Origin: an uncultured cyanobacterium
GTDB lineage: Bacteria > Cyanobacteriota > Cyanobacteriia > Cyanobacteriales > Microcystaceae
Direction of reading: 5' to 3'
NCBI GenBank assembly: GCA_963807635.1
Contig: CAWEDJ010000067.1
Span: forward strand, 81,918-145,917
DNA: 64,000 bases
Shown here: one piece after another, positions 34,335 to 45,818 of the stretch
How the letters are laid out: the number at the start of each line of letters is the position of its first letter
Position numbering within the stretch: the stretch's first letter is position 1
Made by a program: the position numbers and the translations under genes
The notes under the pieces: model-generated
What the model was told of the DNA's origin: nothing
What the model saw: only the letters and a program-made list of their open reading frames with translations
Databases searched by the model: none

Positions 34335-35087
34335 TCAACCCGAATAAGAAATCTCTTTCAAATGTTGTTCGGCTCCTTCTTTTAACATCCAGCGAATTGT
34401 AGTAAAAAAACGAGGCCAATTTTTTGTTCCGTCTCCAAAATGCATTTCTGCAATTTTTCTGTCTAAATCAATAGGATCAATGATTCCGTCATCTAGTTCA
34501 TCAAGTTCTTGTGTAATTTCTTCAATTAATACCAATCTTTTATCTTTTAAACGTTGAACATTCAGTCCTAATGTTTCAATCGTAAAGTGAGCATTTTCGA
34601 TGGGAATTCCGACCTGTTTACAAACTGTTTCATCAGGTTTAATTTCACCATCTTCATTGTTAAAACGGAATAAACATAAATTGCTTAATTCAAGGGGATT
34701 TAATAATCGTCCATCAGGAACAAAATCATTTTTAGATTTACCACAGCAAGGAAAATTATGGGGAACTTCTGAGCTTTGCAGATCATTTTCTGTGAGTCCA
34801 CCTGGCGGATGACAGATAGCCAACATATTAGACCAATCTAGATCACGATTGTTTTCTTTTGTGGATTGCTTGCAGGGAATAAAGTGTTCAACAGAGCGAT
34901 TTTTCTCATGGAGAGTTATTTCACAATAGGCACAAAGTCCTTTTTGATCGGTTGCTAAAGTTTTGCAGACAGCACCATGTGTTTTGGCATTCTTTTTTAA
35001 ATGTGTCCAACGTTGAAATGCAGAAGAAAAACGCTTTTTGTACTTTTCAAGCTCAGGCTGTTTAGTGGATTTAAGAATTTTTTTCAT
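34335..35087 (-). CDS. ptuB: PtuB-like HNH endonuclease (Septu/retron-associated type)
   Basis: DQKGLCAYCE, VEHFIP, LDWSNMLAIC, CGKSK, TIETLGLN; overlaps the ATPase gene. Confidence 0.85.
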   Translation of the reverse strand: MKKILKSTKQPELEKYKKRFSSAFQRWTHLKKNAKTHGAVCKTLATDQKGLCAYCEITLHEKNRSVEHFIPCKQSTKENNRDLDWSNMLAICHPPGGLTENDLQSSEVPHNFPCCGKSKNDFVPDGRLLNPLELSNLCLFRFNNEDGEIKPDETVCKQVGIPIENAHFTIETLGLNVQRLKDKRLVLIEEITQELDELDDGIIDPIDLDRKIAEMHFGDGTKNWPRFFTTIRWMLKEGAEQHLKEISYSG

Positions 35088-36370
35088 ACGCTGAGTCTCC
35101 GTTCCAATCGACGAATCTGCATATCGGCTCTCGTCATATCCGCATCAAAAAATTCCCATTCTTGCAGTTCTTGTTGCAATCGTTTTGCTTCTTCTAAACT
35201 TTCATTATCAATCGCTTGAAAAAGAGCCGTTAATTTTCTCGATTCTTCTGTATCTGGGCGCAGATTCTGTAAGCCTAAAACATAACGCACAATATCTGAA
35301 CTTTTCATTCCTTTTGTTAGATAGGGACAGGGTTTTATTTGATAATCTTCGAGTATCCAAACCTGATCGCGGTCAACTGTCGTAACAATTTCGGGGCTGT
35401 GGGTTGTGGCAATAATTTGAGTATTGGGAAAAACTTTTCGTAGGTCGGGAATAATTTTTTGTTGCCAGGTGGGATGTAAATGTAAATCGAGTTCATCAAT
35501 CATCAAGATCGCTTCGGCTTCTAAAGGATTTTCTAGATGGGGATTGGCCTGGGCTAAACGTCGCGCAAAGTCCATTACTAATGCCAACATATTGCGATAG
35601 CCAGCACTCAGTTGATTGAGAGTGAGTTCTCGTTTTTCTCCTGTTTCCATTGTCCATTCAACCATCAATTTAATATCATTATCTTGTGTGAAATAAACGC
35701 GAGCATTTGGCGAAATAATTTTCTTGATTGCCTTTCGTATTTGTCTGAGTTCGGGCAGTTCTAGGTCTATTTCTCCGTAGTTTTTTGCTTCTCTTAATTC
35801 TTGAAATTCACGCATAAAAAACCAGTTAGTAAAATCCGAGAAATTAGTTGTGGCATCCAAGGCTTTTTTCAAAGAATCAAATCTATCAAAAAATTTATTG
35901 GAAATATTTACAGGCTTAGAATTATTTTTTACATTACGATTCTCTTTGTAATAACCAATTACAGAAAGATCATGGTAATTTTCAACTCTTAAATCTGACA
36001 AAGATGAAGATTTTATACTTGTTCCAATGTTATTTTTATTATTTTCCGTGTCTATTTTATGATAGGCCGCTTGCCACTTTAAAGAGTTATCAAGTAATAT
36101 ATTAAATTCCATTTCTTGATACTCGCGCTTGTTAATAATTGGAAAATCTTCTAGAAAAATGGGTAAATTTTCTTTATATTTTGTTGCTCCTATTGTTTGA
36201 ATACGACGTACATAAGGATACATTGCGGCAGCGATTGCATCTAGAACCGCACTTTTTCCAGAACCATTATTGCCCACAAAAATATTAATATCGGGATTGA
36301 GATCAAATTCGAGATGCTCAAAACAGCGAAAATTTTTGACAGTAATATGTTTAATGTGCATTTTTTTCAC
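35084..36370 (-). CDS. ptuA: PtuA-like ABC/AAA ATPase
   Basis: GNNGSGKS, QLSAGY, LMIDELDLHLHPTWQQ, IATTHSP. Confidence 0.85.
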   Translation of the reverse strand: MKKMHIKHITVKNFRCFEHLEFDLNPDINIFVGNNGSGKSAVLDAIAAAMYPYVRRIQTIGATKYKENLPIFLEDFPIINKREYQEMEFNILLDNSLKWQAAYHKIDTENNKNNIGTSIKSSSLSDLRVENYHDLSVIGYYKENRNVKNNSKPVNISNKFFDRFDSLKKALDATTNFSDFTNWFFMREFQELREAKNYGEIDLELPELRQIRKAIKKIISPNARVYFTQDNDIKLMVEWTMETGEKRELTLNQLSAGYRNMLALVMDFARRLAQANPHLENPLEAEAILMIDELDLHLHPTWQQKIIPDLRKVFPNTQIIATTHSPEIVTTVDRDQVWILEDYQIKPCPYLTKGMKSSDIVRYVLGLQNLRPDTEESRKLTALFQAIDNESLEEAKRLQQELQEWEFFDADMTRADMQIRRLERRLSV

Positions 36371-36386
36371 GAATTTTTAGAGAATC

Positions 36387-36412
36387 GTAGGGGTGCAAGG
36401 CTTGCGCCCAAC
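36387..36412. repeat. GTAG-type REP/SDR-like palindrome
   Basis: GTAGGGGTGCAAGGCTTGCGCCCAAC. Confidence 0.6.
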
Positions 36413-36417
36413 AGGAG

Positions 36418-38485
36418 CTACTTCCAATCATCCCAGGTTTCATTAAAAATAGAAGTATTGGGAAAAGTTGTGGGATTATCATTATCATTTAATAATAATT
36501 GTAATTCCTGTAATTTTTTCTGCTGTACTAATGGTTCTTGCACTAACTGAAACGGCATGATTTTTTGATCCAATGCAAAAGCCGCCACTGTTCCCGCCGC
36601 CGCCCCCGATGACCACTCATAGGAATGCACACGATAGGCCGCTGAGGCAATATGACTCACCGCGATCGCCTTTCCTGCGACGAGTAAATTATCAATTTTC
36701 TGGGGAATCATGGCCCGCAAGGGAATCTGAAAAGGATAGGTCTGCGCTCCTCCCTGACGTTCGCCCTCTTTTTCTGTGTTACCTGGCGTTTCGGGGGGTG
36801 AAAGCGTCATACAGGGATGAAAATCGATCGCGTAATGGCCAATTCCCACTGAATCGGCATAAATCGTTGAACGTTTGCGACGTTGGATAGCATCGGGAGC
36901 AACTTTCCCACTCAGCACATCTAAGCCCTCTAAACCCGCTAAGGTTGCCTGTAATTGACGATAGGTTTCAGGAGAAAGAGCTTGGCGGTAATACTCGTCT
37001 TGATAATTGCGTCGAGAAATATCAATTTCCGAAATTGTGAACCCATCGGGGTAATAAAAGGACGGACGGCCAATGATGCGGCGAGATTCTCGAATATAGG
37101 GATATTTCGATAATCCATGTACGGTTCCCATCGGTGAATCTAAACCCGACAGAAAACGGTTATTGGGATCGGGCTTTTTCACATCTGGCCCTAGCTGGGA
37201 ATCCGTTGTACCTGCAACAAACCAATAATAAAAACCGAGGGAATGTTCTTCTGCTTTTTTCAGAGCATCAGTTCGTAACCCCCCTAACCATCCCCTAGGT
37301 TGGAGTTGACCCGTTGCCTTGAGTTGATCTTCCGTGTAGATAAAATTATCCTTGGCGGTGCCTGGTCGATAATCATTACCCCATGTCCAATTTTGCATAG
37401 AAATATTACCAGGACTGGGTTTATGATAGCGAATTCCGCCATAGGTTAGAGTTTCTCCCTGTTGGGGACTCCAAATTTGACGATAGGTAAACAGTAAATC
37501 GGGATTAGCAAAACGGGGTAGTTCGTAACTATAGTAGGGTTCATACTGGGGATAAAAAGGCGGCATGGTTTGGGGCTGAGGTTCCGCCGTTTTTTCCATG
37601 GCAAAGGTATAGGTAAACCCTTGGGTGCAGTAGGGATCGGGGACTTTACTCGATGCAGAGGGTTCGAGATAGGATTGGGGATCAATGCCGACTCGGTAGG
37701 GGACATCGGCTAGGGCAATTAATTCTCCTGTTTCTGTGGCTTCGATGATATACCAGGGAGCGGGTTCCGTCGTTCGACTAGGTTTGGGGACAAACTGAAT
37801 AATAGTTTTGTTAAAAAGGGCTGAATTTTCGTAACGATAACTATCTTCTATGGTTTGAGAAAGGGGATAGGTATTGAGAGGGGGCGCACCTGGGGCGGGA
37901 CTGTGTTGAATCGCGATCGCTTTGGTAATTTGTTTTCCTGACCCAATGGGTTTAATTTTTAAATCCTTAATTACCGTATTGGGAAACCATTTCAGGGTTC
38001 CTTGGCCTTTTCTTTCGGCATTTTTTAACTCAGCCATGAGAACAGTATTACCATCGGAAGGCAAAAAACAGGATTCACTGACCCAACAATCCCCAGGATT
38101 ACGACTATCATATTCTTGTTGAATGCGTCGCCGAAAATCCAAATAACCACGCGGATAAAAGAGCATTTTTGCCTGGGTGGGTCGTTCATCCAGGGCAAAG
38201 GTTCCCTGGGAAGAAATTTGTCCTCCGACCCAATCGGTAATCTCGGTTAAACAAACGGTTTTTCCTGCCAATAATCCTTCATAGGCCTGCCGCACTTCCT
38301 GCCAAACCAGCCCCCACGATCAGCATTTCACATTCCACTTTTTGATCGGGCGATCGCGGAGAGATCTGCTCCGTAGTGCGCTTAGTCTCTGCCAGCACAA
38401 AAACAGACATTTCCTGCCAAAACATCAGGGACAGGGGAATAATTGCCAGGAGATTGAGCCGAGATTTTGCTTGCTTGTGACCCAT
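36418..38485 (-). CDS. Exported FAD-dependent oxidoreductase; frameshift near 38286
   Basis: Signal-like N-terminus and Rossmann LIVGAGLAG in ORF 38279-38617; continues as YEGLLAG..TDWVGGQ, YIRESRRI, FQIPLRAMIP in ORF 36418-38295. Confidence 0.82.
38356..38379. repeat. 24-nt HIP1-inserted small dispersed repeat (copy 1)
   Basis: GCGATC|GCGGAGAGATCTGCTCCGTAGTGC|GC; 20/24 identical to the copy at 55381. Confidence 0.7.
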
Positions 38486-38495
38486 GATAAAAAAA

Positions 38496-38960
38496 TTAGT
38501 AGAGATAAACTTTGCCTGTATCTTGCAGATTAATGCTTCTGTGACCCATAAAACCTCGATCAGCTTTGACAATATTGACGTTAATCGTATTGGTTTTGGG
38601 ATCGACCTTGACTTCAAACTTTAAAACAAACGGCTTGTCTGGATCGAGACTTATACTGGGATAAATTGCGATATTAGCTGAATCATCTACATCTTCTAAG
38701 GTTCCCGTTTGTCCTGCTTCAATTTTTTGGGAGGGTTGTTCCTCACTTCCTGCCAGACCATATTCTAGGGGGATTTGGGTTTGATTGACTAATTTAACCG
38801 TTATTTTTTTATCCGCATCGAACTCTGCAACGGGTTGCCAAAATCCAGATTTGTAGGTTGTGGCAGGAGGATCTTGAGCTAAAACACTCGAAAATGGGGG
38901 TGCAATGAAAAGGCTGGAGAGTAAACACAAAGCGGAGGTCGTAACGAGATTAAGTTTCAT
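38496..38960 (-). CDS. Secreted hypothetical protein
   Basis: Signal peptide (..SVLA-Q); beta-rich; WQPVA motif. Confidence 0.7.
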   Translation of the reverse strand: MKLNLVTTSALCLLSSLFIAPPFSSVLAQDPPATTYKSGFWQPVAEFDADKKITVKLVNQTQIPLEYGLAGSEEQPSQKIEAGQTGTLEDVDDSANIAIYPSISLDPDKPFVLKFEVKVDPKTNTINVNIVKADRGFMGHRSINLQDTGKVYLY

Positions 38961-39226
38961 AGAAAAACTAAATTGAGCAAAAAAGATATTTTGTCCAGAT
39001 TATCCTAAGTTTGAGTCGATTGACTATTTTACCGAGAGAAACTGCCAGCCCTGACTTTTTGGAGTCGCGATCGCTTTTCTTGGAAAAATCAATATATTAA
39101 TATAAGTTAACGAAAGATTCCTTGCAGTATTGAAATTATTTTGATACAATTCTTTTCAAAAGTTTCAAGCATAAAAAAACGCTTGATTTGTTCGGAAAAC
39201 TCAAAAAATACCTCTTGGAGATCAAT

Positions 39227-39550
39227 ATGGCAGATTCCGATTTTTCTAAAGACCAAATTATTGACAATATTGTTTCTCAAGATATTCTTGAAGACATTCA
39301 TCGAAAACTAAGGGCTGTAATTTCAGAAAAACCCTTTGATCAAACGACCCCAGAAGAACTGATGGAAAAAATGACTGCTGTTATTCAAAGCAATCCCCTG
39401 ACGAAAGGACGGGATTTCCAAATCGACGACTCTCTTTTGGGGAAGCTAAACTTTGGTATTACCAGTTCAGAAATTGACAATCCAGTATTAGTTGCATTTC
39501 AGACAAAAAGATGTTTTTGTAGTGGTCAATGGAAATCATGTCCTTGTTAA
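39227..39550 (+). CDS. 107-aa acidic protein with Cys-rich tail (RCFCSGQWKSCPC)
   Basis: GGAG RBS at 39217-39220; 35 nt upstream of the haemagglutinin-domain gene. Confidence 0.65.
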   Translation: MADSDFSKDQIIDNIVSQDILEDIHRKLRAVISEKPFDQTTPEELMEKMTAVIQSNPLTKGRDFQIDDSLLGKLNFGITSSEIDNPVLVAFQTKRCFCSGQWKSCPC

Positions 39551-39585
39551 ATTTTATTTCAAATTAATTCTTGGTAATTCAATAA

Positions 39586-42084
39586 ATGTCTCTCAATTTC
39601 TACCGTTTTCGCGTAATAGATAAGTTATTATATTGGGGAATTTTTGCAATAATTACCATGCCTTCCCTAGTTTCTGCCCAAATACGCACAGATGAAACCC
39701 TGGGGGCTGAAAATTCAATTGTTACACCGAATATCGAAATTAATGGTATTCTCAGCGATCGCATTGATGGGGGGGCAATCAGAGGCAGCAATCTATTTCA
39801 TAGCTTTTCAGACCTCAATGTAGCAGAAGGGCATGGCGTTTACTTTAGCAATCCAGCAGGAATTAGCAATATTATTAGCCGAGTTACGGGCGGTAATTCA
39901 TCATCAATTCTGGGAAAACTGGGTGCATTAGGTCATGCCAATTTGTTTTTGATTAATCCCAATGGAATTATCTTTGGGCCTCAAGCTTCTCTCGATTTAG
40001 GAGGTTCCTTTGTCGCGACTACTGCTAATGCGATTGAGTTTAATGGTCAAGGGCTATTTAGTGCTTCAGAGCCTAATATTCCTCCCTTGTTAACCGTTAA
40101 CCCTTCTGCGTTCATTTTTAATCGACTGCGGCCTAGTCCTATCAGTTTAAATTCTTCTCAGGAACCTGTGGGAGTCCGTTACGATGAGATTTATCAGGAA
40201 ACAACTGTTTTTGGCTTACAAGTTCCGAATGGCAAAAGTTTAATGCTCTTGGGTGGTGATGTGAACCTAAATAATAGCCAGATAAATGCGTTGGATGGAG
40301 GGCGCGTAGATTTAGGAGGAGTTGCAGAAGCGGGAATAGTAGGTTTAAGCATCAATGGAAACTCATTCAGTCTTAATTTTCCTAGTAATTTAGCCTTAGC
40401 AGATGTCTCTCTTGCCCAAGGAAGTCGAGTTTATACGACTGGCGATCGCGGAGGTAGTATTCAGTTAACAGGCAATAATATTAGGATGATTGATGGATCA
40501 AGTTTAGCGGCTGAAACCTTTGGAGAACAATCAGGGGAAAATATCACCATTATAGCAAGAGACACCCTAGAAGTTTCTGAAAATCCTGCCAATGGTGTCT
40601 ACAACCCCAGCATATCGACCGTTACCTACGGAAATGGAGATGGTGGCGATATTTTCATAGATACTAAAAAGTTGGTTGTTAGAAATGGGGCGCAAGTGTC
40701 CAATACCAGTGTAGGTGGAGGTAATGGAGGTCAACTCGTTATTCATGCCTTAGACTCTGTTGAATTAAGAGGGACAGATACTGATGGCGGTTTTAGCGGA
40801 CTAACTGGCGGGGCTGTTCTAGCAGGAAAAGGCGGGAATATTATTATTACCACTAAAAATTTGACGATACAGGACGGGGCAATCATTACCGTTGAATCGC
40901 TAGGAGACGAAAATAGTAATAATATCAGTGATTCTGTTGCGACAGGAGATAGTGGAAATATTACGATTAATGCGTCTAATTCCTTTTTAGTTAGTGGTAC
41001 TGACACTGGCATCGCTTCTAGTACTTCTGGTGTGGGCAATGCGGGCAATATTACGATTAATACGGGACTATTAACCATTCAAAAGGGTGGAGTCATCACC
41101 GTTAGCTCTAATAAAAATGGAACAGGAAAAGCGGGAAATCTCATTATTAATGCTACCCAAGCTGTTAATTTAATGGGGGCTGATAGTATGTTGTCTGCGA
41201 CTGGAGATGGACTCAGACCCGCAGGAAGTTTGACCATAAAAACGGGAAATCTTAATGTCTCTGATGGCGCACAAGTGACTGTTAACAATACAAAAGGAGA
41301 AGCAGGAAATTTAACGATTGATGCGAATAACTTGTTCCTCGATCGCGGATTTCTGACGGCTGAAACGGCTGAAACTGAGGTTAATGGAGCCAATATTAAT
41401 CTGTCATTATCCAATTTACTGAAAATGCAGAATGAAAGCCTAATTTCTGCTCAGGCAACGGGGGGAGCCAATGGCGGTAATGTGACTATTAATAGTGCTT
41501 TATTAGCGGTGCTTCGTCCCACAGGCCCCAATGGCAGTGATATTATTGCCAAGGCAGAAGCGGGGAGTGGGGGAAATATTTTAATTAATTCCCAGGGAAT
41601 TTTTGGGACTACGGAAGGAAAAGCGATCGCCAGAAATCGAACTAATGATATTGATGCTAGTTCTGAGTTTGGCGCACCAGGAAGAGTTTTAATTAATAAC
41701 ACCATTGACCCCAATCAAGGAACCGTGACTTTGCCTGAAGATGTGGTCGATCCCAATACCCTGGTGGCGCAAAATGCCTGTAAACGGGGAACAGCGAGTC
41801 AATTAACCCAAACAGGTCGGGGAGGTTTACCGCCAACGATTTCTGAAAATCTCAATAGTCAGGCGATCGCAGTGGGGCTAGTTGATCCTGCACCCAGTTC
41901 GGTGAGTCAAGCAGAAAATCAGGCGATCGCGTCTGAGAATTTACCTCTTGCCCAAAATCAAATCGCGCCTGCCCAGGGTTGGATTTTTAATCAGAAGGGA
42001 GAAGTGATGTTGGTAGCCTATGATCCGACGGTGACGGGTTCTCAACGAGTGAAAGTGAATCCATTGGGGTGTGTTGTGCCATAA
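39586..42084 (+). CDS. Filamentous haemagglutinin N-terminal (TPS) domain exoprotein
   Basis: NLFHSFSDLNV, NIISRVTGG, NLFLINPNGIIFG, repeated GNAGNITI beta-helix units, TGRGGLPP, AQGWI. Confidence 0.92.
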   Translation: MSLNFYRFRVIDKLLYWGIFAIITMPSLVSAQIRTDETLGAENSIVTPNIEINGILSDRIDGGAIRGSNLFHSFSDLNVAEGHGVYFSNPAGISNIISRVTGGNSSSILGKLGALGHANLFLINPNGIIFGPQASLDLGGSFVATTANAIEFNGQGLFSASEPNIPPLLTVNPSAFIFNRLRPSPISLNSSQEPVGVRYDEIYQETTVFGLQVPNGKSLMLLGGDVNLNNSQINALDGGRVDLGGVAEAGIVGLSINGNSFSLNFPSNLALADVSLAQGSRVYTTGDRGGSIQLTGNNIRMIDGSSLAAETFGEQSGENITIIARDTLEVSENPANGVYNPSISTVTYGNGDGGDIFIDTKKLVVRNGAQVSNTSVGGGNGGQLVIHALDSVELRGTDTDGGFSGLTGGAVLAGKGGNIIITTKNLTIQDGAIITVESLGDENSNNISDSVATGDSGNITINASNSFLVSGTDTGIASSTSGVGNAGNITINTGLLTIQKGGVITVSSNKNGTGKAGNLIINATQAVNLMGADSMLSATGDGLRPAGSLTIKTGNLNVSDGAQVTVNNTKGEAGNLTIDANNLFLDRGFLTAETAETEVNGANINLSLSNLLKMQNESLISAQATGGANGGNVTINSALLAVLRPTGPNGSDIIAKAEAGSGGNILINSQGIFGTTEGKAIARNRTNDIDASSEFGAPGRVLINNTIDPNQGTVTLPEDVVDPNTLVAQNACKRGTASQLTQTGRGGLPPTISENLNSQAIAVGLVDPAPSSVSQAENQAIASENLPLAQNQIAPAQGWIFNQKGEVMLVAYDPTVTGSQRVKVNPLGCVVP

Positions 42085-42164
42085 AACTTCTAAAATGACC
42101 AATATGACCTATTCTGAGTTTATGGGTTATCCTTTTTGATAGGCATTTGAAAGATTTAATCGAT

Positions 42165-42260
42165 TATGGCGGTCTTCAGTCGTATGAATTACAGGCAAGG
42201 GGCTTAAGCCCCTTGTTAATCTAGATTTGCCCATACTTCACTTGTATGAATACAGCGATA
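42165..42260. mobile_element. Degenerate MITE-like element with an internal REP hairpin
   Basis: Imperfect inverted ends TATGGCGGTCTTCA / TGAATACAGCGATA; internal palindrome CAAGGGGCTTAAGCCCCTTG. Confidence 0.5.
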
Positions 42261-42317
42261 AAATCCTACGGTGAGTTTTAAAAAAGCAACATTTTAAAAA
42301 TTTTAAGGAATACAAAA

Positions 42318-45252
42318 ATGCAGAAATTTTTGGCTTGGTTTAAAAGATTTTCAGGCAAAATTTTATCTAATTTTTCTTTAAAAAGATCTGGTTTTTTATT
42401 TTGCTTTTTGTTTTCTCTTTTTTCTTCCCCTATTAATTAGTCAAGTTTCCCTGTCAACGCCAATCGCATCAATCCAAGACATTAACCCTGGATCGACAAC
42501 GGAATTAGTAAATCAGGCAAAAAATCTTTACCAAAATCAAAAATTTGAGCAGGCGGCAAACCTTTGGCAAAAAACAGCCCAGATCTTTGCCACCCAAGGC
42601 GATCGCGTGAATCAGTCAATGGCTCTGAGTAATTTAGCGTTAACTCAACAACAACTGGGTCAATGGGAAGCGAGTAATCAGGCGATCGCTGAAAGTTTAA
42701 ATTTATTAAAAAATTCACCCCAAACTCCTGATCAACAACGGATTTTTGCCGCAACTTTAGATATTCAAGCTCAGGGAGAACTGGCAACGGGAGCAACCGA
42801 GTCGGCAGTTAAAACGTGGCAACAGGCGATCGAACTTAATCAGGAAATGTCTAATCCTGTTGGAGTAATGCAGAGCCAAATTAATCAATCCCAAGCTTGG
42901 CAAGATTTGGGGCAATCTCCCAGGGCTTGTCAGGTTTTATTGGATGCCCTAGAAATTCCTAATACCGATTGTCAAATTTCCGAAAATCAACTGCAAAATT
43001 TGCCTAATACACCTTCGCTCAATTTACAGGCGATCGCCCTCCGCAGTCTGGGGAATGTGTTACGCATTAACGGGAAAACAGAAGAATCCCAACAAGTTTT
43101 ACTCAAAAGTCTTAAAATCCAAGAAAAAATAGGAAACCCTCAAGAAATCGGGAAAATTTATCTTAGTTTAGGAAATACGGCCCGCGCCTGGGGAAATAAA
43201 AATAATTTTAATAAAGTAAATAAAAAAGCAAATGAAGAGAGTAAAACGGTTTCTTGTACTACTGAAATAACGTCAGAAAAAAACTTTCCTTTTTATCAAC
43301 AGGCCGCCATTTGTTATCAGCAAGCCGCCGCAATGGGTTCCAAACTTGATGCTGTTCAGGCTCAAATTAATTTACTCGATCTGTGGAATCAGACTCAGAA
43401 CTGGGCAAAAATTCCTCCCCTCGTTGCTGAGATTCAAACCGATCTAGATTCATTAGCTCTTAGCCGAAACGCCCTTAACTCCCGCCTCAAATTTGCTCAA
43501 AATCTGATCTGTTTACGATTTATCGGCACTATGCCCTCTCTGCAAGCAAAAGATTTGGCTTTTGTCTCTCCTGTTGTTCAACAATGCCCTGCTTTTTCGA
43601 GCAATTTACAAACGGATACAATATTAGAATCCGAACCGTTCCAAATTCCGCCTCTTTCTCGCAATCTTCCCATTGTTGATTCATCTTCCCTATCCTTAGC
43701 TAAGATTCCTTCTTGGGATGAAATTAATCAATCTCTGACTCTCGCTCTCCAACAATCCCAAACTTTAGGAGACAAACGTAACCAATCTAATGCCCTGGGT
43801 TATCTCGGTGCGATCGCCCAACTTCAGGGCAATATGCAGAGCGCAGAACAATTGACAAAACAAGCCTTACAATCCGTTTCTGCCTATAGTTTTCCCGATA
43901 TTACCTATCGTTGGCAGTGGCAATTAGGGCGACTTTATCAAAGCCAGGGTAAATCCCAAGAGGCGATCGCGGCCTATAGTCTCGCTTATCAAACTCTCCA
44001 ATCCCTACGACAGGATTTAGTCGCGACCAACCCCGATATTCAATATACGTTCCGTGACAGTGTGGAACCCGTTTATCGTGAATTTGTGGACTTGTTACTG
44101 CAAAAAGATAATCCCGATCAAACAACCCTCAAAAAAGCCCGTGATATTATTGAATCTCTCCAATTAGCGGAACTGAATAACTTTTTTCGTGAAGCCTGTT
44201 TGGAAACCACGCCCCAACAGGTTGACCAAATTGATCCCCAAGCCGCCGTTATCTATGGCATTGTTTTACGCGATCGCCTAGCGGTCATTTTATCCTTACC
44301 CAACCAGCCGCTAGAGTATTATGCAACAAATCAAGCTCTAACCAGAGAGCAAGGCGGCCAGGTAATAGTTGAGCAGACCGTTGATAACTTATTTGCGACT
44401 TTAACTCCCTATGTCGCGAGTATTGACCCCTTAAAACCGAATCAAACGCTTTATGATTGGTTAATTCGTCCCGCAGAAGCAAAATTAACTAAAAATGGGA
44501 TTAAAATGCTAGTTTTTGTTTTGGATGGGGCATTGCGCGGAATTCCTGTGGCCGCTCTCCATGATGGTCAGCAATACCTCATTGAAAAATATAATCTTGC
44601 CCTCACGCCAGGATTGCAACTGTTTAGCTCCCAGACCGTTGCATCGACTAACTTGAATGTCTTAGTCGGTGGATTAACAGAGTCCCGTCAAGGTTTTGCG
44701 GCTCTTCCAGGAGTGAGACAAGAAGTTGAGCAGATTGCTAATTCCTTTTCAGCCGAGGTGTTATTAGACAGTAATTTCACTCGCGATCGCCTAGAAAACC
44801 AAGTTCAGACTCAAAATTTCCCGATTGTTCATTTAGCCACTCACGGACAATTTTCTTCCCAGGCAGACGAAACCTTTTTGATCACTTGGGATAAAAAAAT
44901 TAATGTTAAAAATTTAGACCAATTATTAAAAGAACGGGATAAAATCACCCAAAATCCCATTGAATTACTAATTTTAAGTGCTTGTCAAACTGCCACAGGG
45001 GATAAACGTGCGGCTCTCGGTTTAGCGGGTGTTGCAGTGCGATCGGGGGCGAGGAGTACTTTGGCAACCCTCTGGTCAATTCAGGATCAATCCACTGCCG
45101 ATTTCATGACCGAATTTTATCAGGCCATCAATCAGCCCAATGTCTCTAAAGCCCAAGCTCTGCGCCAGGCTCAACTTTCTTTATTGCATTCCCCTCAATA
45201 CCAAAACCCCTACTATTGGGCCCCCTTTGTTCTGGTCGGTAACTGGCTGTAA
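42318..45252 (+). CDS. TPR + CHAT (caspase-like) domain protein; 5' frameshift in the poly-T near 42420
   Basis: WQWQLGRL, VHLATHGQF (His), LILSACQTA (Cys), TLWSI, PYYWAPFVLVGNW. The frame is open upstream of 42607 back to the T-run; ATG at 42318. Confidence 0.9.
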
Positions 45253-45818
45253 ACCTCTTTCTATAATTCTTCGGTAGGAACTATGGGAAATTCTTTTATC
45301 AACTTCTAAAACCCTTGCTATATAAGAATTTTAGTTAAAAGCGAAGAATCCTTTTTGTTGATTTTTGTTGATTTTCAATAAATTTTATAAAGAATCATAC
45401 TCTAGTTCTAATCCTGCTTTCTCTCGTATTTTTGATGATATTTCATCGATAAAATTAGAAATATCAAACTTTTTCCTATTGTGAAATGATTTGGTTTTGA
45501 GTTTAATGAGAACAACAACACAAAAGTTATTTTGCAATGACTAGAAGGGTTGGACTGCCTGACATAAAATTTTTGCTTTCCTTTTCTTATTTTTTATTAA
45601 GTTTAATGATCAAGCAAAGATTTTTTTATTGAATTAATAAAACAAATGATCCCCCTTGGGATAGTTGCTGAATCAGGATATTAATTAAAACAATTTGAGT
45701 TTCTACCGTATTCTTTTTGTTTTTTATCTCTAAAATAAGCAGCCTTCCACATTTTACATTCTACTTTTCCGTTTTTTCATCTTTTTTTTTCATTTATTTA
45801 TAGACGAGGATTCGCTCC

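Noticed and set aside
34335..36420. Retron system
   Set aside because: No reverse transcriptase is present and there is no room for msr-msd next to ptuAB.
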